A stretch of 64,000 bases of DNA from Syntrophaceae bacterium UBA2280 (GTDB lineage: Bacteria > Desulfobacterota > Syntrophia > Syntrophales > Smithellaceae), in assembly GCA_002347685.1 (NCBI GenBank), contig DDWS01000013.1, forward strand, positions 146,472 through 210,471. Reading direction: 5' to 3'. This document shows positions 35,912 through 46,321 of this stretch, piece after piece. The stretch's first letter is position 1. Each line of letters starts with the position of its first letter. Made by a program: the position numbers and the translations under genes. The notes under the pieces were generated by a model that had not been told where the DNA came from, searched no databases, and saw only the letters and a list, made by a program, of their open reading frames with translations.

Positions 35912-37243
35912 ATGGCCAAAAATTTAGTGATTATCGGCGGCGGAGCGGGCGGCGGTTCCACAGCCGCCGAGGCGAAAAGAAACGATCCCTCCCTGAATGT
36001 CACCATGGTGGAGCAGGGAAAATTCGTTGCGTTTGCCGCCTGACCGATGCCCTATTACATCGGTGATGTAATCAAAGACCAGACGAGACTGATCGCGCGG
36101 ACCCCGGAAAAGTTCCGCGAAGGCGGCATTGACGTCCGGACCCGGACACGCGTGAGCGGGATTGACATGGCGCGCGGCGTGGTCGAACTTCAGGAAAACC
36201 AAAACATACCCTATGATTTTCTGGTCATGGCCACGGGCGCGTCCGCGTTTGTGCCGGACATGCCGGGGCTGGACCTTCCCGACGTTTTTGCACTGCGCAA
36301 TCTCGAAGACGCCATCCTCATCAAGACCCGGCTCAAAGAGAAAAACGCGAAACACGTCGTCATCATCGGCGGCGGTTTTATCGGACTGGAAATGTGCGAA
36401 GCCCTGCATGCCGCAGGGATTGCCGCAACCATCATCCACAAAGACGGGCTTCCGGCCAACCGTTGGGACGCTGCCCTGTCAGCGGTCATGCTCGAAGAAC
36501 TGCTGGCCCACGGCGTGGAATTCGTCGCAAATGCGACGGCGCAATCCATTGAAACGGGCAAGGACGCCCCGCTTCGCGTTAAGACAGACCGGGGCGACTA
36601 TGAAGGCGATCTGGTCATGCTGGCCATCGGCGTGAGGCCGGATTCCCAACTGGCGAAAGCGGCCGGCTTGAAGATCGGCGCCTCCGGCGCCGTGGCGGTC
36701 AATTTCGCCCAGCAGACCTCCATTGAAAATATCTACGCGGTGGGAGACTGCTGCGAATCTTTTCATAAAGTCAGCCGTCGCTGGGTCAACCTTCCGCTGG
36801 GCGACATTGCCAACAAGCAGGGGCGTGTCGCGGGGCGCAACATCGGCGGCCGGCCGCTCACGTTCGACGGCATGGTCGGCGCGCAGTCCTTCCGGCTTTT
36901 CAATCTGGAATGCGCGGCTTGCGGCCTTTCGGAAAAAGAAGCCGTCGCCGCAGGCTTTTCCCCCGCGAGCAACATCACCTGGGGGAGCGCCATGGCGCCT
37001 TCGATGGGCATAAAAAAAATCGGGCTGAAACTGACTGCCGACAGTTCATCGGGCGGTCTACTGGGTGCACAGGCGGTCGGGGTGTCCGGAGCGGTGGACC
37101 GCATCAACACCCTGTCTGTCGCGCTGGCGGCAGGCATGAACCTGGATCAAATCGGCTGGCTGGACCTGGCCTACGCTCCGCCGTTTGGGCCGGCCTGGGA
37201 TATCATTCACAACGCGGCCCAGGCGCTGGGCCGGACACTATAA
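35912..37243 (+). CDS. CoA-disulfide reductase / NADH oxidase-family pyridine nucleotide-disulfide oxidoreductase with in-frame UGA (probable selenocysteine at residue 44)
   Basis: The ATG at 35912 follows GGAGG and opens MAKNLVIIGGGAGGGSTAAEAKR...VAFAA-TGA-PMPYYIGD. The TGA (36041-36043) is in the same frame as the 36047..37243 ORF. It occupies the position of the redox Cys in SFANC(G/A)LPY.IG of CoADR/Nox/Npx. The total of 443 codons is typical for the family. Confidence 0.7.
36054..36072 (+). promoter_or_regulatory. Candidate bacterial SECIS hairpin
   Basis: Perfect 8-bp stem attacatc / gatgtaat with a GGU apical loop, beginning 10 nt after the TGA. An alternative overlapping hairpin is accgatg / catcggt. 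Confidence 0.5.
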
Positions 37244-37260
37244 ACAAGGAAATTTGATCA

Positions 37261-38211
37261 ATGACACTGTGGTGGATCCTCTTTACGGTCTTTATTCTGG
37301 GCATGCTGGTTCTCGATCTTGGCGTCATCAACCGCAGGGCGCACGTCATCAAAATGAAAGAGGCCCTGATCTGGACATCCGTATGGGTTTCCCTCGCCCT
37401 TCTGTTCGGTGTCGGTGTTTACTATCTGCAGGGCCATCACAAGGCGATGGAATATTTCGCCGGCTACCTTATCGAAAAGTCGCTGAGCATTGACAACCTG
37501 TTCGTCTTTATGCTGATTTTCGCCTATTTCGGCATTCCGCGTGAGCTGGAACACAAAGCGCTTTTCTGGGGGATCCTGCTGGCGTTGGTCACGCGCGCCA
37601 TCTTTATTTTCGCGGGCGTCGCGCTGATCAACACCTTCCATTGGATTATCTATATTTTCGGCGTGTTTTTGATCTATACCGGCATCAAAATGGCGCTGAA
37701 CAAACAGACGGAGGTCCATCCGGACCGCAATATCGCCATCCGGATCTTGCGCTTTTTCATTCCTGTTTCCGACAAATTTGACGGCTCGAAATTTTTCGTT
37801 GTTAAAAAGGGCGTGCGCTATGCCACGCCGATGCTGGCGGTTGTACTGGTTTTGGAAACGACGGATATTTTATTTGCCATTGACTCGATTCCCGCGGTGC
37901 TCGCGATCTCCAAGGACCCGTTTATCGTCTATACCTCTAATGTGTTTGCGATTCTGGGTATGCGGTCCCTGTATTTCGCGATCGCCGGCCTGATGCGCCT
38001 GTTTCACCTCCTGCACTTCGGCCTGGCGGGAATTCTGTCGTTTGTCGGCGTGAAAATGCTCGTGGAAGATTTTCTTCACATCCCCGTGACGACCTCACTG
38101 ATTGTGATCGCCTCCATTCTGGTGGTCGCAATCGTCTCATCCATCATCTGGCCGAAAAAAGAGGAAGAAGAGAAGGAAGGCGAAGTCCCTCCTTTAGCGA
38201 TGAAGGAATAA
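37261..38211 (+). CDS. TerC/Alx-family integral membrane protein
   Basis: 316 aa, multi-TM. The motif YLIEKSLSIDNLFVF is typical of the TerC family. Confidence 0.85.
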   Translation: MTLWWILFTVFILGMLVLDLGVINRRAHVIKMKEALIWTSVWVSLALLFGVGVYYLQGHHKAMEYFAGYLIEKSLSIDNLFVFMLIFAYFGIPRELEHKALFWGILLALVTRAIFIFAGVALINTFHWIIYIFGVFLIYTGIKMALNKQTEVHPDRNIAIRILRFFIPVSDKFDGSKFFVVKKGVRYATPMLAVVLVLETTDILFAIDSIPAVLAISKDPFIVYTSNVFAILGMRSLYFAIAGLMRLFHLLHFGLAGILSFVGVKMLVEDFLHIPVTTSLIVIASILVVAIVSSIIWPKKEEEEKEGEVPPLAMKE

Positions 38212-38218
38212 CATTCTT

Positions 38219-39010
38219 ATGCAAACCCTGTTTCAAAACGCATCACAAAACCAGGTAAAACAGTGGGCAAGGCTTGCCGACGCAAAATTCCGCAGGGAAG
38301 ACAGCATGTTTCTGGCCGAGGGCGCAAAAGTCGTTGAAGAACTGTTGAAAAGTGACTGGGAGGCCCGGGCGCTGCTGGTTTTGTTGGGAAAAGACCGGTA
38401 TTGGGAAAAACGGATCGATCTCGATGCGAACCGGATCCCCGTTTATCAGCTGACACGTCCGCAGTTCAATAAATTAAGCCAGGACAAGGAACCGGAGGGG
38501 ATTGCGGCCGTGGTTCAGAAAAAAGACCCGCCCACGCTGACATCGTTTCTTCCCTCCGCGACAGGGCCCCTGCTCATCGGCCATGAAATCGCCAATCCGC
38601 AAAATCTTGGGGCGCTTGCGCGCAGCGCCCACTGGTTCGGCTTCGCGGGCATTCTTCTGGGTGCGCGCAGCGTGGACTGGACAAACCCCAAGGTTATCCG
38701 CGCCTCGATGGGCAGTATTTTCCATTTGAACGTTTTTGAGGACATGGATCTGGCCTCGGTGCTTCCGGACGTGAAAAAACATTATCTGCTCATCGGCAGC
38801 GACGTGCGACAGGGTGTTTCGCCGCGCACCCCCGGGGGGAAAACGGCCCTCCTTTTGGGCAGCGAAAGCCACGGCCTGCCGGAGAGTTTGCTGGGCATGG
38901 CCGACGAGCGCTGGCGCATCCCCGGCGGCAGTCAAACCGAATCGCTCAGCCTCCCGCAGGCGGCGGCAATCATGATGCATGAAATGACGAAGAAGGCTGT
39001 AGGCTGTTAG
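38219..39010 (+). CDS. TrmH/SpoU-family RNA 2'-O-methyltransferase
   Basis: 263 aa. SpoU motifs are PQNLGALARSA, LLLGSESHGLP and SLSLPQAAAIMM. Confidence 0.8.
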   Translation: MQTLFQNASQNQVKQWARLADAKFRREDSMFLAEGAKVVEELLKSDWEARALLVLLGKDRYWEKRIDLDANRIPVYQLTRPQFNKLSQDKEPEGIAAVVQKKDPPTLTSFLPSATGPLLIGHEIANPQNLGALARSAHWFGFAGILLGARSVDWTNPKVIRASMGSIFHLNVFEDMDLASVLPDVKKHYLLIGSDVRQGVSPRTPGGKTALLLGSESHGLPESLLGMADERWRIPGGSQTESLSLPQAAAIMMHEMTKKAVGC

Positions 39011-39019
39011 GCTGCTAGG
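38995..39019. repeat. Heptanucleotide tandem repeat overlapping the trmH-like stop codon
   Basis: Sequence is ggctgta ggctgtt aggctgc tagg. The gene's TAG stop (39008-39010) is one of the repeat TAGs. Confidence 0.7.
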
Positions 39020-39045
39020 AATTTATCAAGTCGATAGGAGATAAA

Positions 39046-39381
39046 GTGAAAGTTATGAATCAATTTATTCAGGTGATGACGACGACGGAAACGAAAGAGC
39101 AGGCGCAAATCATTGCCCGTCATCTGGTGGAAGAAAAACTGGCGGCCTGTGTTCAGATCTCGGACGCGGTGGAAAGCACTTATCTGTGGAAGGGCAATAT
39201 CGAAACGTCCCGGGAATTTCACTGTCTGATTAAAACACAAGAAGACCTGTTCGGCCGGGTACAGGAAGTCATCAAAAAACTTCATTCCTACGAAACCCCC
39301 GAGATCATTGCGCTTCCAATTATTAACGGCAGCCCGGACTATCTTCAGTGGCTGGAAGAATCGCTGGCCCAGAAGCTTTAA
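39046..39381 (+). CDS. cutA: Divalent-cation tolerance protein CutA
   Basis: 111 aa. The CutA pattern is present (LAACVQI...S.Y.WKG.IE...E....IKT....F..V...IKKLHSYE.PEI). Confidence 0.85.
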   Translation: MKVMNQFIQVMTTTETKEQAQIIARHLVEEKLAACVQISDAVESTYLWKGNIETSREFHCLIKTQEDLFGRVQEVIKKLHSYETPEIIALPIINGSPDYLQWLEESLAQKL

Positions 39382-39460
39382 ATCGTCAAAAAATTTTTCC
39401 GTGCAATATTTAACTGTTTGTTCTAAATGAACCTTGACCAAATTTATCCTAGGAGACACC

Positions 39461-41521
39461 ATGTCTGATAAAAACGAGCTGGAAAAACAATGTATTGATA
39501 CCATTCGGTTTTTGGCGGCCGACGCCATCGAAAAGGCCAAGTCCGGCCATCCCGGCATGCCGCTCGGCGCCGCGGCGGCAGCCTTCACCCTGTGGACAAA
39601 ACACTTAAAACACCATCCGAAAAATCCCTCATGGCCGGACCGGGACAGGTTTGTCCTGTCCTCCGGTCATGCCTCGATGCTTTTATACGCACTTTTACAT
39701 TTAACCGGATACGATCTTTCGCTCGACGATATCCGGAATTTCCGCCAGTGGGGAAGCCTGACACCCGGTCATCCGGAATACAGGCACACGCCCGGCGTCG
39801 AAGTCACCACCGGCCCCCTGGGTCAGGGTGTTGCCAACGCAGTCGGCATGGCCATTGCCGAAGCCCATCTGGCGGCTCGTTTCAACCGTGACGGACAGTC
39901 CCTCGTGGATCATTACACCTATGTCATGGCCGGTGACGGCGACATGATGGAAGGCGTGGCCGCCGAAGCCTGCGCGCTGGCCGGCCATCTCCAGCTGGGG
40001 AAACTCATTGTTCTCTACGACGACAACAAAATCACGCTCGCCGGTTCCGCAGGCCTTTCCTTCACCGAAGACATAGACATGCGCTTCAAATCCTACGGCT
40101 GGCAGGTCCAAAAGGTCAAAGACGGCAATGACGTGGCCGCCATCGACCGCGCCATAAAAAAAGCAAAAAAGGAAACCCGCAAGCCTTCTTTGATTTGCAT
40201 TGAAACCACCATCGGCTACGGCGCGCCCGGCAAGCAGGGCTCGTGCGACGCACACGGCTCGCCGCTGGGCGAAAAGGAACTGCGGGGCGCGAAAGACAGT
40301 TGCGCCTGGCCCTCCGAAGCATTCTTCTACATCTCCGGCGATGTTTTAAAATATTTCCGGAAGGCTCTTTCGCGCGGAAAGAAAAGCGAAAAGCTCTGGA
40401 ACGAAGCGCTTGCAGACTGCCGACGCAAGGACGCGGCGCTGGCCGCCGAGCTGGAAAGAACCCTGCGAAACGAACTGCCCGCCGACTGGGAGACCGGGCT
40501 TGCCGAATTTCCACAAGATACCAAAGATGTCGCCACGCGCAAAGCCTCGGAAATCGTCATGCAGGGCATCGCGGCGAAGCTCCCGGAATTGATCGGTGGA
40601 TCGGCGGACCTTAACCCGTCAACTTTCACCTGGCTCAAAGGCATGGGCGATTTTCAATGTCCGGCCCTGCCGAGCGAGGACCTGCACGGCATGGTGGGCG
40701 GTCCCTGGGACTACTCCGGCCGAAACATTCACTTCGGCGTGCGCGAGCACGCGATGGGGGCCATTGCCGTCGGCATGGCGCTTCACGGAGGGATGATCCC
40801 TTACACAGCCACTTTTCTGACCTTTGCCGATTACATGCGCCCGCCCATGCGGCTGGCCGCTTTGATGGGCCTGCGCGCGATTTTCGTTTTCACGCACGAC
40901 AGTATCGGTGTGGGCGAAGACGGCCCGACGCATCAGCCCGTTGAGCAGGTCATGAACCTGCGGCAGGTTCCAAACATGACCGTGCTGCGGCCGGCCGACG
41001 CCAATGAAACCATGGAAGCCTGGCGCCTGGCCGTCATGAACACGCAAGGCCCGACGACACTCGTTTTCAGCCGTCAGAATCTGCCGGTTCTGGACCGGTC
41101 GCTCTGCGCTCCCGCTTCAGGCACACGCAAGGGCGGTTACATCTTATGGGATTCATCCACCCTTGCCCCGAATATCATTCTCATGGCCACCGGTTCGGAA
41201 GTTGCCATGACGCTTGATGCGGCCCGCAAACTGGCGCAGGAGGGCGTTCGCGTTCGCGTTGTCTCTATCCCCAGCTGGGAAATCTTCGACCGCCAGCCGA
41301 AAGCGTATCGCGATGCCGTGCTTCCGCCGCACATTGCCGCAAGAATCTCCGTGGAAGCGGGCATCCGGCTCGGATGGGAGCATTATGTAGGACTTTCCGG
41401 AAAAATCATCGGCATGGACACCTTCGGCGCATCCGCGCCCGGTCCCGTGCTGTATGAAAAATTCGGTTTCACCCCGGACCATATTTTAACGGCGGCAAGG
41501 GAAATGCTCAAAGCGAAATAA
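39461..41521 (+). CDS. tkt: Transketolase
   Basis: Motifs are [30 protein letters not shown] and [17 protein letters not shown] place the start at the ATG at 39461, after AGGAG. Confidence 0.95.
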   Translation: MSDKNELEKQCIDTIRFLAADAIEKAKSGHPGMPLGAAAAAFTLWTKHLKHHPKNPSWPDRDRFVLSSGHASMLLYALLHLTGYDLSLDDIRNFRQWGSLTPGHPEYRHTPGVEVTTGPLGQGVANAVGMAIAEAHLAARFNRDGQSLVDHYTYVMAGDGDMMEGVAAEACALAGHLQLGKLIVLYDDNKITLAGSAGLSFTEDIDMRFKSYGWQVQKVKDGNDVAAIDRAIKKAKKETRKPSLICIETTIGYGAPGKQGSCDAHGSPLGEKELRGAKDSCAWPSEAFFYISGDVLKYFRKALSRGKKSEKLWNEALADCRRKDAALAAELERTLRNELPADWETGLAEFPQDTKDVATRKASEIVMQGIAAKLPELIGGSADLNPSTFTWLKGMGDFQCPALPSEDLHGMVGGPWDYSGRNIHFGVREHAMGAIAVGMALHGGMIPYTATFLTFADYMRPPMRLAALMGLRAIFVFTHDSIGVGEDGPTHQPVEQVMNLRQVPNMTVLRPADANETMEAWRLAVMNTQGPTTLVFSRQNLPVLDRSLCAPASGTRKGGYILWDSSTLAPNIILMATGSEVAMTLDAARKLAQEGVRVRVVSIPSWEIFDRQPKAYRDAVLPPHIAARISVEAGIRLGWEHYVGLSGKIIGMDTFGASAPGPVLYEKFGFTPDHILTAAREMLKAK

Positions 41522-41536
41522 CAAGGGAGACAGATC

Positions 41537-43231
41537 ATGGATCAGGCCGGCATTTCCTATTTCCTGGGCCCCTATCAGAGCGCCCACGAAAACGCGCTTC
41601 AGAAGATGCGCCGCAACAGCATCGCCGCGCGCATCTGGGCAAACGACTTCAACGTCTGGAAGCCTTCGCCGCACGAGATTACCAATCGTCTGGGATGGCT
41701 TTCGGCACCTTCGGAAACTCTGGGCAACCTGCATCATATCCGCTCCATTCTCCAGCCTCTGACATCCGACGGGCTTTCCGACGTTGTGCTTCTGGGCATG
41801 GGCGGATCCAGCCTGGCGGCGGATGTTTTTAACCGAATCTTCGGCAGCGCACCGGGCTTTCCGAAGCTGCAAATCCTGGATACCACGGATCCGGCCGTCA
41901 TTCTTGAGACGGCTGACCGTCTGGATCCTAAAAAAGCATTGTTTCTCGTATCGTCGAAATCGGGAACAACCCTTGAGGTTGTATCGCTTTTTCATTATTT
42001 CTATCAGCTCACCGAAAGGAAACTCGGCGCGCAGGCGGCCGAACATTTTATCGTCATCACGGATGAAGGAAGCCCCATGCTGGAGACGGCCTGGCAGCAC
42101 AAACTCCGCTATGTGTTCGTCAACAACCCGAACATCGGCGGCCGGTATTCGGCGCTTTCGCTGCCGGGCATCGTGCCGGCAGCCATGATCGGCGTAGACA
42201 TTGAGAAACTCCTGCACAACGCGGTGGCGGCCGCCCGCCAGGAAAAAGCGGATTTCTTTTCAGGGGGGAATGATTCAGAGGGTTTCAGGCTGGGCGCGGC
42301 CCTCGGCGTGCTTGCGCAATACGGCCGCGACAAGCTCACACTGATTCTGCCGCCGCAATGGATCGCCTTTGGCGACTGGCTCGAACAGCTCATCGCGGAA
42401 AGCACCGGAAAAGAAGGCAAGGGCATTGTGCCGGTGGTCAGCGAGCCGCAGCCGGACGCCGGCGTTTACGGAAAAGACCGGGCGTTCGTGGTGTTTGATA
42501 ATGGATCCGCGCTCTGGGAGACGCGAATCGCAGATGTAGCCTCGGCAGGACACCCGATTTTGAAAATCAGAATCGACGATGCATATGATCTGGGCCGCCA
42601 GATGTTTCTGTGGGAGATGGCTACGGCCGTCGCTTCGCATTGGATGGGCATCCATCCGTTCGATCAGCCGGATGTTGAGGCCACGAAAATCCATACCCGT
42701 CAAAGCATTGAACAGTTTAAAATCAACCGGACCTGGCCTGGGGAAAAACCGGCGATTACAACGGGGAATGCCGACGTTTACGGCGACATTGCCGGCGCAA
42801 CACCCGATGAGGCACTGGTGAATTTTCTTTCAGAGGGACAACCCGGCGCGTACGCGGCGCTGCTCGTTTATCTGAGCCCGTCTGATCCAATCGATCAGGC
42901 GCTGTCTTGTCTACGGAAAGCGTTGATCCGCAAGTTCAAAATGGCGGTGACCATCGGCTATGGCCCGCGCTATCTGCATTCTACCGGGCAACTGCACAAA
43001 GGAGACGCCGGACACGGCCTGTTTATTGTGCTCACCGACGATATCAAAAAAGACGCGGGCATTCCCGACGTTTTCGGCAAACCTGAATCCTCCATGACAT
43101 TCGGCGAACTCAAGACCGCGCAGGGTGCAGGTGAAATCAAGGCGCTTCGTGAAAAAGGCCGCCGCGTGATCCGCGTCCATTTCAAAAGCGACGCCGCAGC
43201 CGAACTGGCCGGGCTTGCCAGCAGGCTGTAG
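41537..43231 (+). CDS. pgi: Glucose-6-phosphate isomerase (SIS-domain type, like the PGI half of Tal-Pgi fusions)
   Basis: 564 aa. Motifs are VVLLGMGGSSLA, LVSSKSGTTLE and IGGRYSALS. Confidence 0.75.
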   Translation: MDQAGISYFLGPYQSAHENALQKMRRNSIAARIWANDFNVWKPSPHEITNRLGWLSAPSETLGNLHHIRSILQPLTSDGLSDVVLLGMGGSSLAADVFNRIFGSAPGFPKLQILDTTDPAVILETADRLDPKKALFLVSSKSGTTLEVVSLFHYFYQLTERKLGAQAAEHFIVITDEGSPMLETAWQHKLRYVFVNNPNIGGRYSALSLPGIVPAAMIGVDIEKLLHNAVAAARQEKADFFSGGNDSEGFRLGAALGVLAQYGRDKLTLILPPQWIAFGDWLEQLIAESTGKEGKGIVPVVSEPQPDAGVYGKDRAFVVFDNGSALWETRIADVASAGHPILKIRIDDAYDLGRQMFLWEMATAVASHWMGIHPFDQPDVEATKIHTRQSIEQFKINRTWPGEKPAITTGNADVYGDIAGATPDEALVNFLSEGQPGAYAALLVYLSPSDPIDQALSCLRKALIRKFKMAVTIGYGPRYLHSTGQLHKGDAGHGLFIVLTDDIKKDAGIPDVFGKPESSMTFGELKTAQGAGEIKALREKGRRVIRVHFKSDAAAELAGLASRL

Positions 43232-43243
43232 AGTACCGCCTCA

Positions 43244-43822
43244 TCAGCCCGCTTCGACAATGATGCGAAGAATATCCGGCGCGTGCCGCTCGGACGGTGC
43301 GGGAATCGCTTTGGGATACCCCAGAATCAGCGGCGCGACAATCCGGCAGTTCTCCGGAAGGCCTAACTCCCCCTTCAATTGAGGATCGCGGATGTTCGCG
43401 CCAAGGGCAACCCAGCAGGTGCCCAGGCCCCGGGCGGCAGCGGCAAACATGATGTAGCCTGCCGCAAGCGCGCCGTCCACATCCAGCGTGTTCACCGAAG
43501 CCGATCCGGCGATGAAAATGAGACAGGGCGCGTTGTAAAACACATTGAAGTTTTCGTTTTGCAAAAAGCCCACATAATCTGGATTGAGCTTAATCTTTTT
43601 TTCCGCATGATCGCTAAGAAGATTTGCCTTGCTTTCGTCGGACAGCGCTTTGATCGTCTTTCGGCAATGCACCACAACAAAGCGGCAGGGCTGATTGTTG
43701 CTCGCCGACGGCGCAAGGGTTGCTTCCTGAAGTATGGCTTCCACCACATTTTCCGGAATCGGTCGGTCTTCAAAATCCCGGATCGCCCTTCTTTTGAGTA
43801 AAAGATCCGCATAATTCATCAT
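43244..43822 (-). CDS. Nitroreductase-family protein
   Basis: 192 aa. The motifs LLKRRAIRDF...APSASNNQPCRF are typical of this family. Confidence 0.8.
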   Translation of the reverse strand: MMNYADLLLKRRAIRDFEDRPIPENVVEAILQEATLAPSASNNQPCRFVVVHCRKTIKALSDESKANLLSDHAEKKIKLNPDYVGFLQNENFNVFYNAPCLIFIAGSASVNTLDVDGALAAGYIMFAAAARGLGTCWVALGANIRDPQLKGELGLPENCRIVAPLILGYPKAIPAPSERHAPDILRIIVEAG

Positions 43823-43857
43823 GTTATCCTCCCTTTCTCAGGCCCGCGGGCCTGCCT

Positions 43858-44487
43858 TTAAGGTATCAGAAGTGAAATGACTGCAACTATGACATTTTGA
43901 AAAAGGTTGATGACGGGGGTGAGAACACCCAGCATCAGAAGGCCCAGCACGATAAAAAAGCCGAACGGTTCAAGCTGATACAAGACGCGATTGAACGATT
44001 CCGGCGTGAACCCCATGAGAATCTTGGAGCCGTCCAGAGGCGGAATGGGGATCAGGTTGAAGGCCGCAAGCAGGATGTTGATGCGGGCCAGCAGATAGAG
44101 CACCTGGTGAATCATCGAACCGGGTTCGGGCCCGATCAGCTTCAGCAAAAAAAGCGCGAAAAAGGCAATGATCATGTTGGCCGTCACGCCGGCGGCGGAA
44201 ACCAGAATGAGCCCCTTGCGTCTGGCTGGCGCGGGAATGTTTTCCAGGTTGACCGGAACCGGTTTGGCCCAGCCGAAACCGATCAGCATCAGCGCCGCCG
44301 TCCCGATAGGATCGAGGTGCCTGATCGGGTTGAGCGTGAGCCTGCCTAACCACTTGGCCGTGGCATCGCCCATCCGGTAAGCCACCCAACCATGCGCCAG
44401 TTCATGCAGAATCACAGAATACAAAAGCAGCACAGCCAGCATCACAAATGCGGCCGGATCACTCATCAATAATTTGATTAAACCCAT
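43858..44487 (-). CDS. Site-2 protease (peptidase M50) family membrane metalloprotease
   Basis: 209 aa, multi-TM. The zinc motif is HELAHGWVA, followed by NLIPIPPLDGS. Confidence 0.85.
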   Translation of the reverse strand: MGLIKLLMSDPAAFVMLAVLLLYSVILHELAHGWVAYRMGDATAKWLGRLTLNPIRHLDPIGTAALMLIGFGWAKPVPVNLENIPAPARRKGLILVSAAGVTANMIIAFFALFLLKLIGPEPGSMIHQVLYLLARINILLAAFNLIPIPPLDGSKILMGFTPESFNRVLYQLEPFGFFIVLGLLMLGVLTPVINLFQNVIVAVISLLIP

Positions 44488-44718
44488 CGACTTTTCTAAT
44501 CCTTACGATCCCGGTCCTCGTGCGGCAGGATCAAGCATGGTTTATTCGTTCACTACGAAATCAGTGCTTTCCCCCCTCGGCACCGCTTACGATCCCTTCC
44601 GCCATCGCATCCATCAGCGCCAGGGCGAACGATGTTAACTAAATCAGATGACGCCGTATAAATCAAGGCGCGAGATCGCCTGGCCGGAACTTCCTCCGTC
44701 CACCCCGACGGCCAAGAA

Positions 44719-44747
44719 TTGACAAATGACTTAAGCGTGGCTATGAT
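44719..44747 (+). promoter_or_regulatory. Sigma-70-type promoter for the radical SAM gene
   Basis: TTGACA-N17-TATGAT read directly, about 47 nt upstream of the TTG start at 44794. Confidence 0.55.
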
Positions 44748-44793
44748 TTCAAAATAATTTCAGATTTTTGTATCGAAAAAGAAAGGCGTCCTG

Positions 44794-45792
44794 TTGATAA
44801 CCATTCACAATATCATAAAAAAGAGCCAAAACGGCGAGACGCCGTCGAAGAAGGAGTTGCTCGAGCTTTTAGGGCTGCCTGTCGATTCCGAAGAAAACTA
44901 TTCCATCATGGCCGAAGCCAACCGCCTGGCCAGAGAACTCTCGGGGGGACAGGCCGAAATCCACGCGCAGTTTGCCCTCAACCTGGCCCCCTGCCCCCGC
45001 CAATGCCTGTTTTGCTCATTTGCCGACGTCAACAATATTTTTCATCAGGAATCCCGGATCACACCGGAAGAGGCGGTGGCTTATGCACGGCAACTGGAAG
45101 AAGCCGGCGCCAACGCCATTTACATCATGACAACCGCCACCTATGATTTTGACCAGTTCCTGGAAATGAGCCGGGAGATCCGCGGACAGCTCAGCCCCCG
45201 AACCATGCTGATCGCCAATGTCGGAGATCAGACGCTTAAAAACGCGAAACGCCTCAAGGATGTGGGTTACACAGGCGTCTATCATGCCCTCCGGCTGCGC
45301 GAGGGTAAGGACACGAAAATCTCCCCGGAGAAAAGAAAAAACAGCATCCGGAACTTCCGGGAAGCGGGTCTCGGCGTCGGCACCTGTGTGGAACCGATCG
45401 GCCCGGAACATACAAACGAGGAGCTCGCGGAGATGATCGAATATACCGCGTCGTTTAATCCCTGCTTCAGCGGCGCGGCACGGCGCATTTCCATCCCGGG
45501 CACCGACATGGCCAGGCGCGGCATGATCAGCGAGCTGCGCATGGCCCAAATCGTTGCCATTGTGCGACTGGCCATGCCGCGCACCGTCATAGGCAATTGC
45601 ACGCACGAACCCTGCACCCTGGGGGCACTGGCCGGCGCAAATCTTTTCTGGGCGGAACTCGGCGCCAACCCCAGGGACACCAGGGCCAAAACGCAGGAAG
45701 GGCGGGGCGACACGGTTGAGCATTGCGAGACGCTGTTTCAGGAATGCCACTGGCAGGTGCTTACCGGTCCATCGCGTTTTTTCAGCAAATGA
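44794..45792 (+). CDS. Radical SAM protein (BioB/HydE/PylB-like)
   Basis: 332 aa. The CPRQCLFCSF sequence is a CxxxCxxC cluster motif, and the layout resembles a BioB-like TIM barrel. Confidence 0.7.
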   Translation: MITIHNIIKKSQNGETPSKKELLELLGLPVDSEENYSIMAEANRLARELSGGQAEIHAQFALNLAPCPRQCLFCSFADVNNIFHQESRITPEEAVAYARQLEEAGANAIYIMTTATYDFDQFLEMSREIRGQLSPRTMLIANVGDQTLKNAKRLKDVGYTGVYHALRLREGKDTKISPEKRKNSIRNFREAGLGVGTCVEPIGPEHTNEELAEMIEYTASFNPCFSGAARRISIPGTDMARRGMISELRMAQIVAIVRLAMPRTVIGNCTHEPCTLGALAGANLFWAELGANPRDTRAKTQEGRGDTVEHCETLFQECHWQVLTGPSRFFSK

Positions 45793-45832
45793 TCGACAGC
45801 CTATGGAGACGGCGTTTTTGCGCGGCTACTCG

Positions 45833-46321
45833 TCAAATGCCGGATGGCTTCATGCGCCATTTTACCGCAAGCAGCACGCAAATGAGCAGGGGAATGGCGA
45901 TATCTCCGATATAAAGAGTAGGCCCGGCGTTGTTGATCGCGTAATTGCCGGCCACGACCATTTCACGGATGTGAACGAAAGCCGCTCCGAACAGGAATAC
46001 TGAATAGCCGATGCCGGTGGCCAGCCAGAAACCGTCTTTGAAGATCATACAAAGCACGCCCAAAATCCCAAAGGCGAGATTCGTCATGGCGATTTCAAGC
46101 TGAAAAGGACTGCCCGCCGCCCAGCCGATGGAAGCCGCCACCTGATCAGACAGAAACGCGTGCCCGAAAAAAGCCCAAAGGCCGGTCAGGCCGACATGGA
46201 CCAGCAGAAGATAGAGAAGACAAATATCGACCACCCTCTTCGAGGACAAGTTTTTCCGATGGTGTACCAGGCTGCAGGTGATTCCGACAACCGTCAGAGA
46301 CAATAAAACAAACGTGAACAT
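45833..46321 (-). CDS. Hypothetical integral membrane protein
   Basis: 162 aa with about 5 hydrophobic segments. No family recognised. Confidence 0.55.
   Translation of the reverse strand: MFTFVLLSLTVVGITCSLVHHRKNLSSKRVVDICLLYLLLVHVGLTGLWAFFGHAFLSDQVAASIGWAAGSPFQLEIAMTNLAFGILGVLCMIFKDGFWLATGIGYSVFLFGAAFVHIREMVVAGNYAINNAGPTLYIGDIAIPLLICVLLAVKWRMKPSGI

Noticed and set aside
35924-36439. A 171-aa minus-strand ORF covering the gap between lgt and the 36047 ORF.
   Set aside because: It is antisense to the N-terminal FAD-binding segment of the oxidoreductase. That segment reads through a TGA at the catalytic-Cys position, and the plus-strand reading explains the region better.
37244-37260. A possible yybP-ykoY (Mn) riboswitch upstream of the TerC-family gene.
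   Set aside because: Only 17 nt separate the upstream stop from the terC-like start, which leaves no room for a riboswitch. The gene is probably co-transcribed with the selenoprotein gene.
44500-44600. An 11-nt direct repeat, cttacgatccc, occurring twice upstream of the M50 protease gene.
   Set aside because: Only two short copies are present, with no associated structure or context. A chance occurrence or a minor operator cannot be distinguished from the sequence alone.
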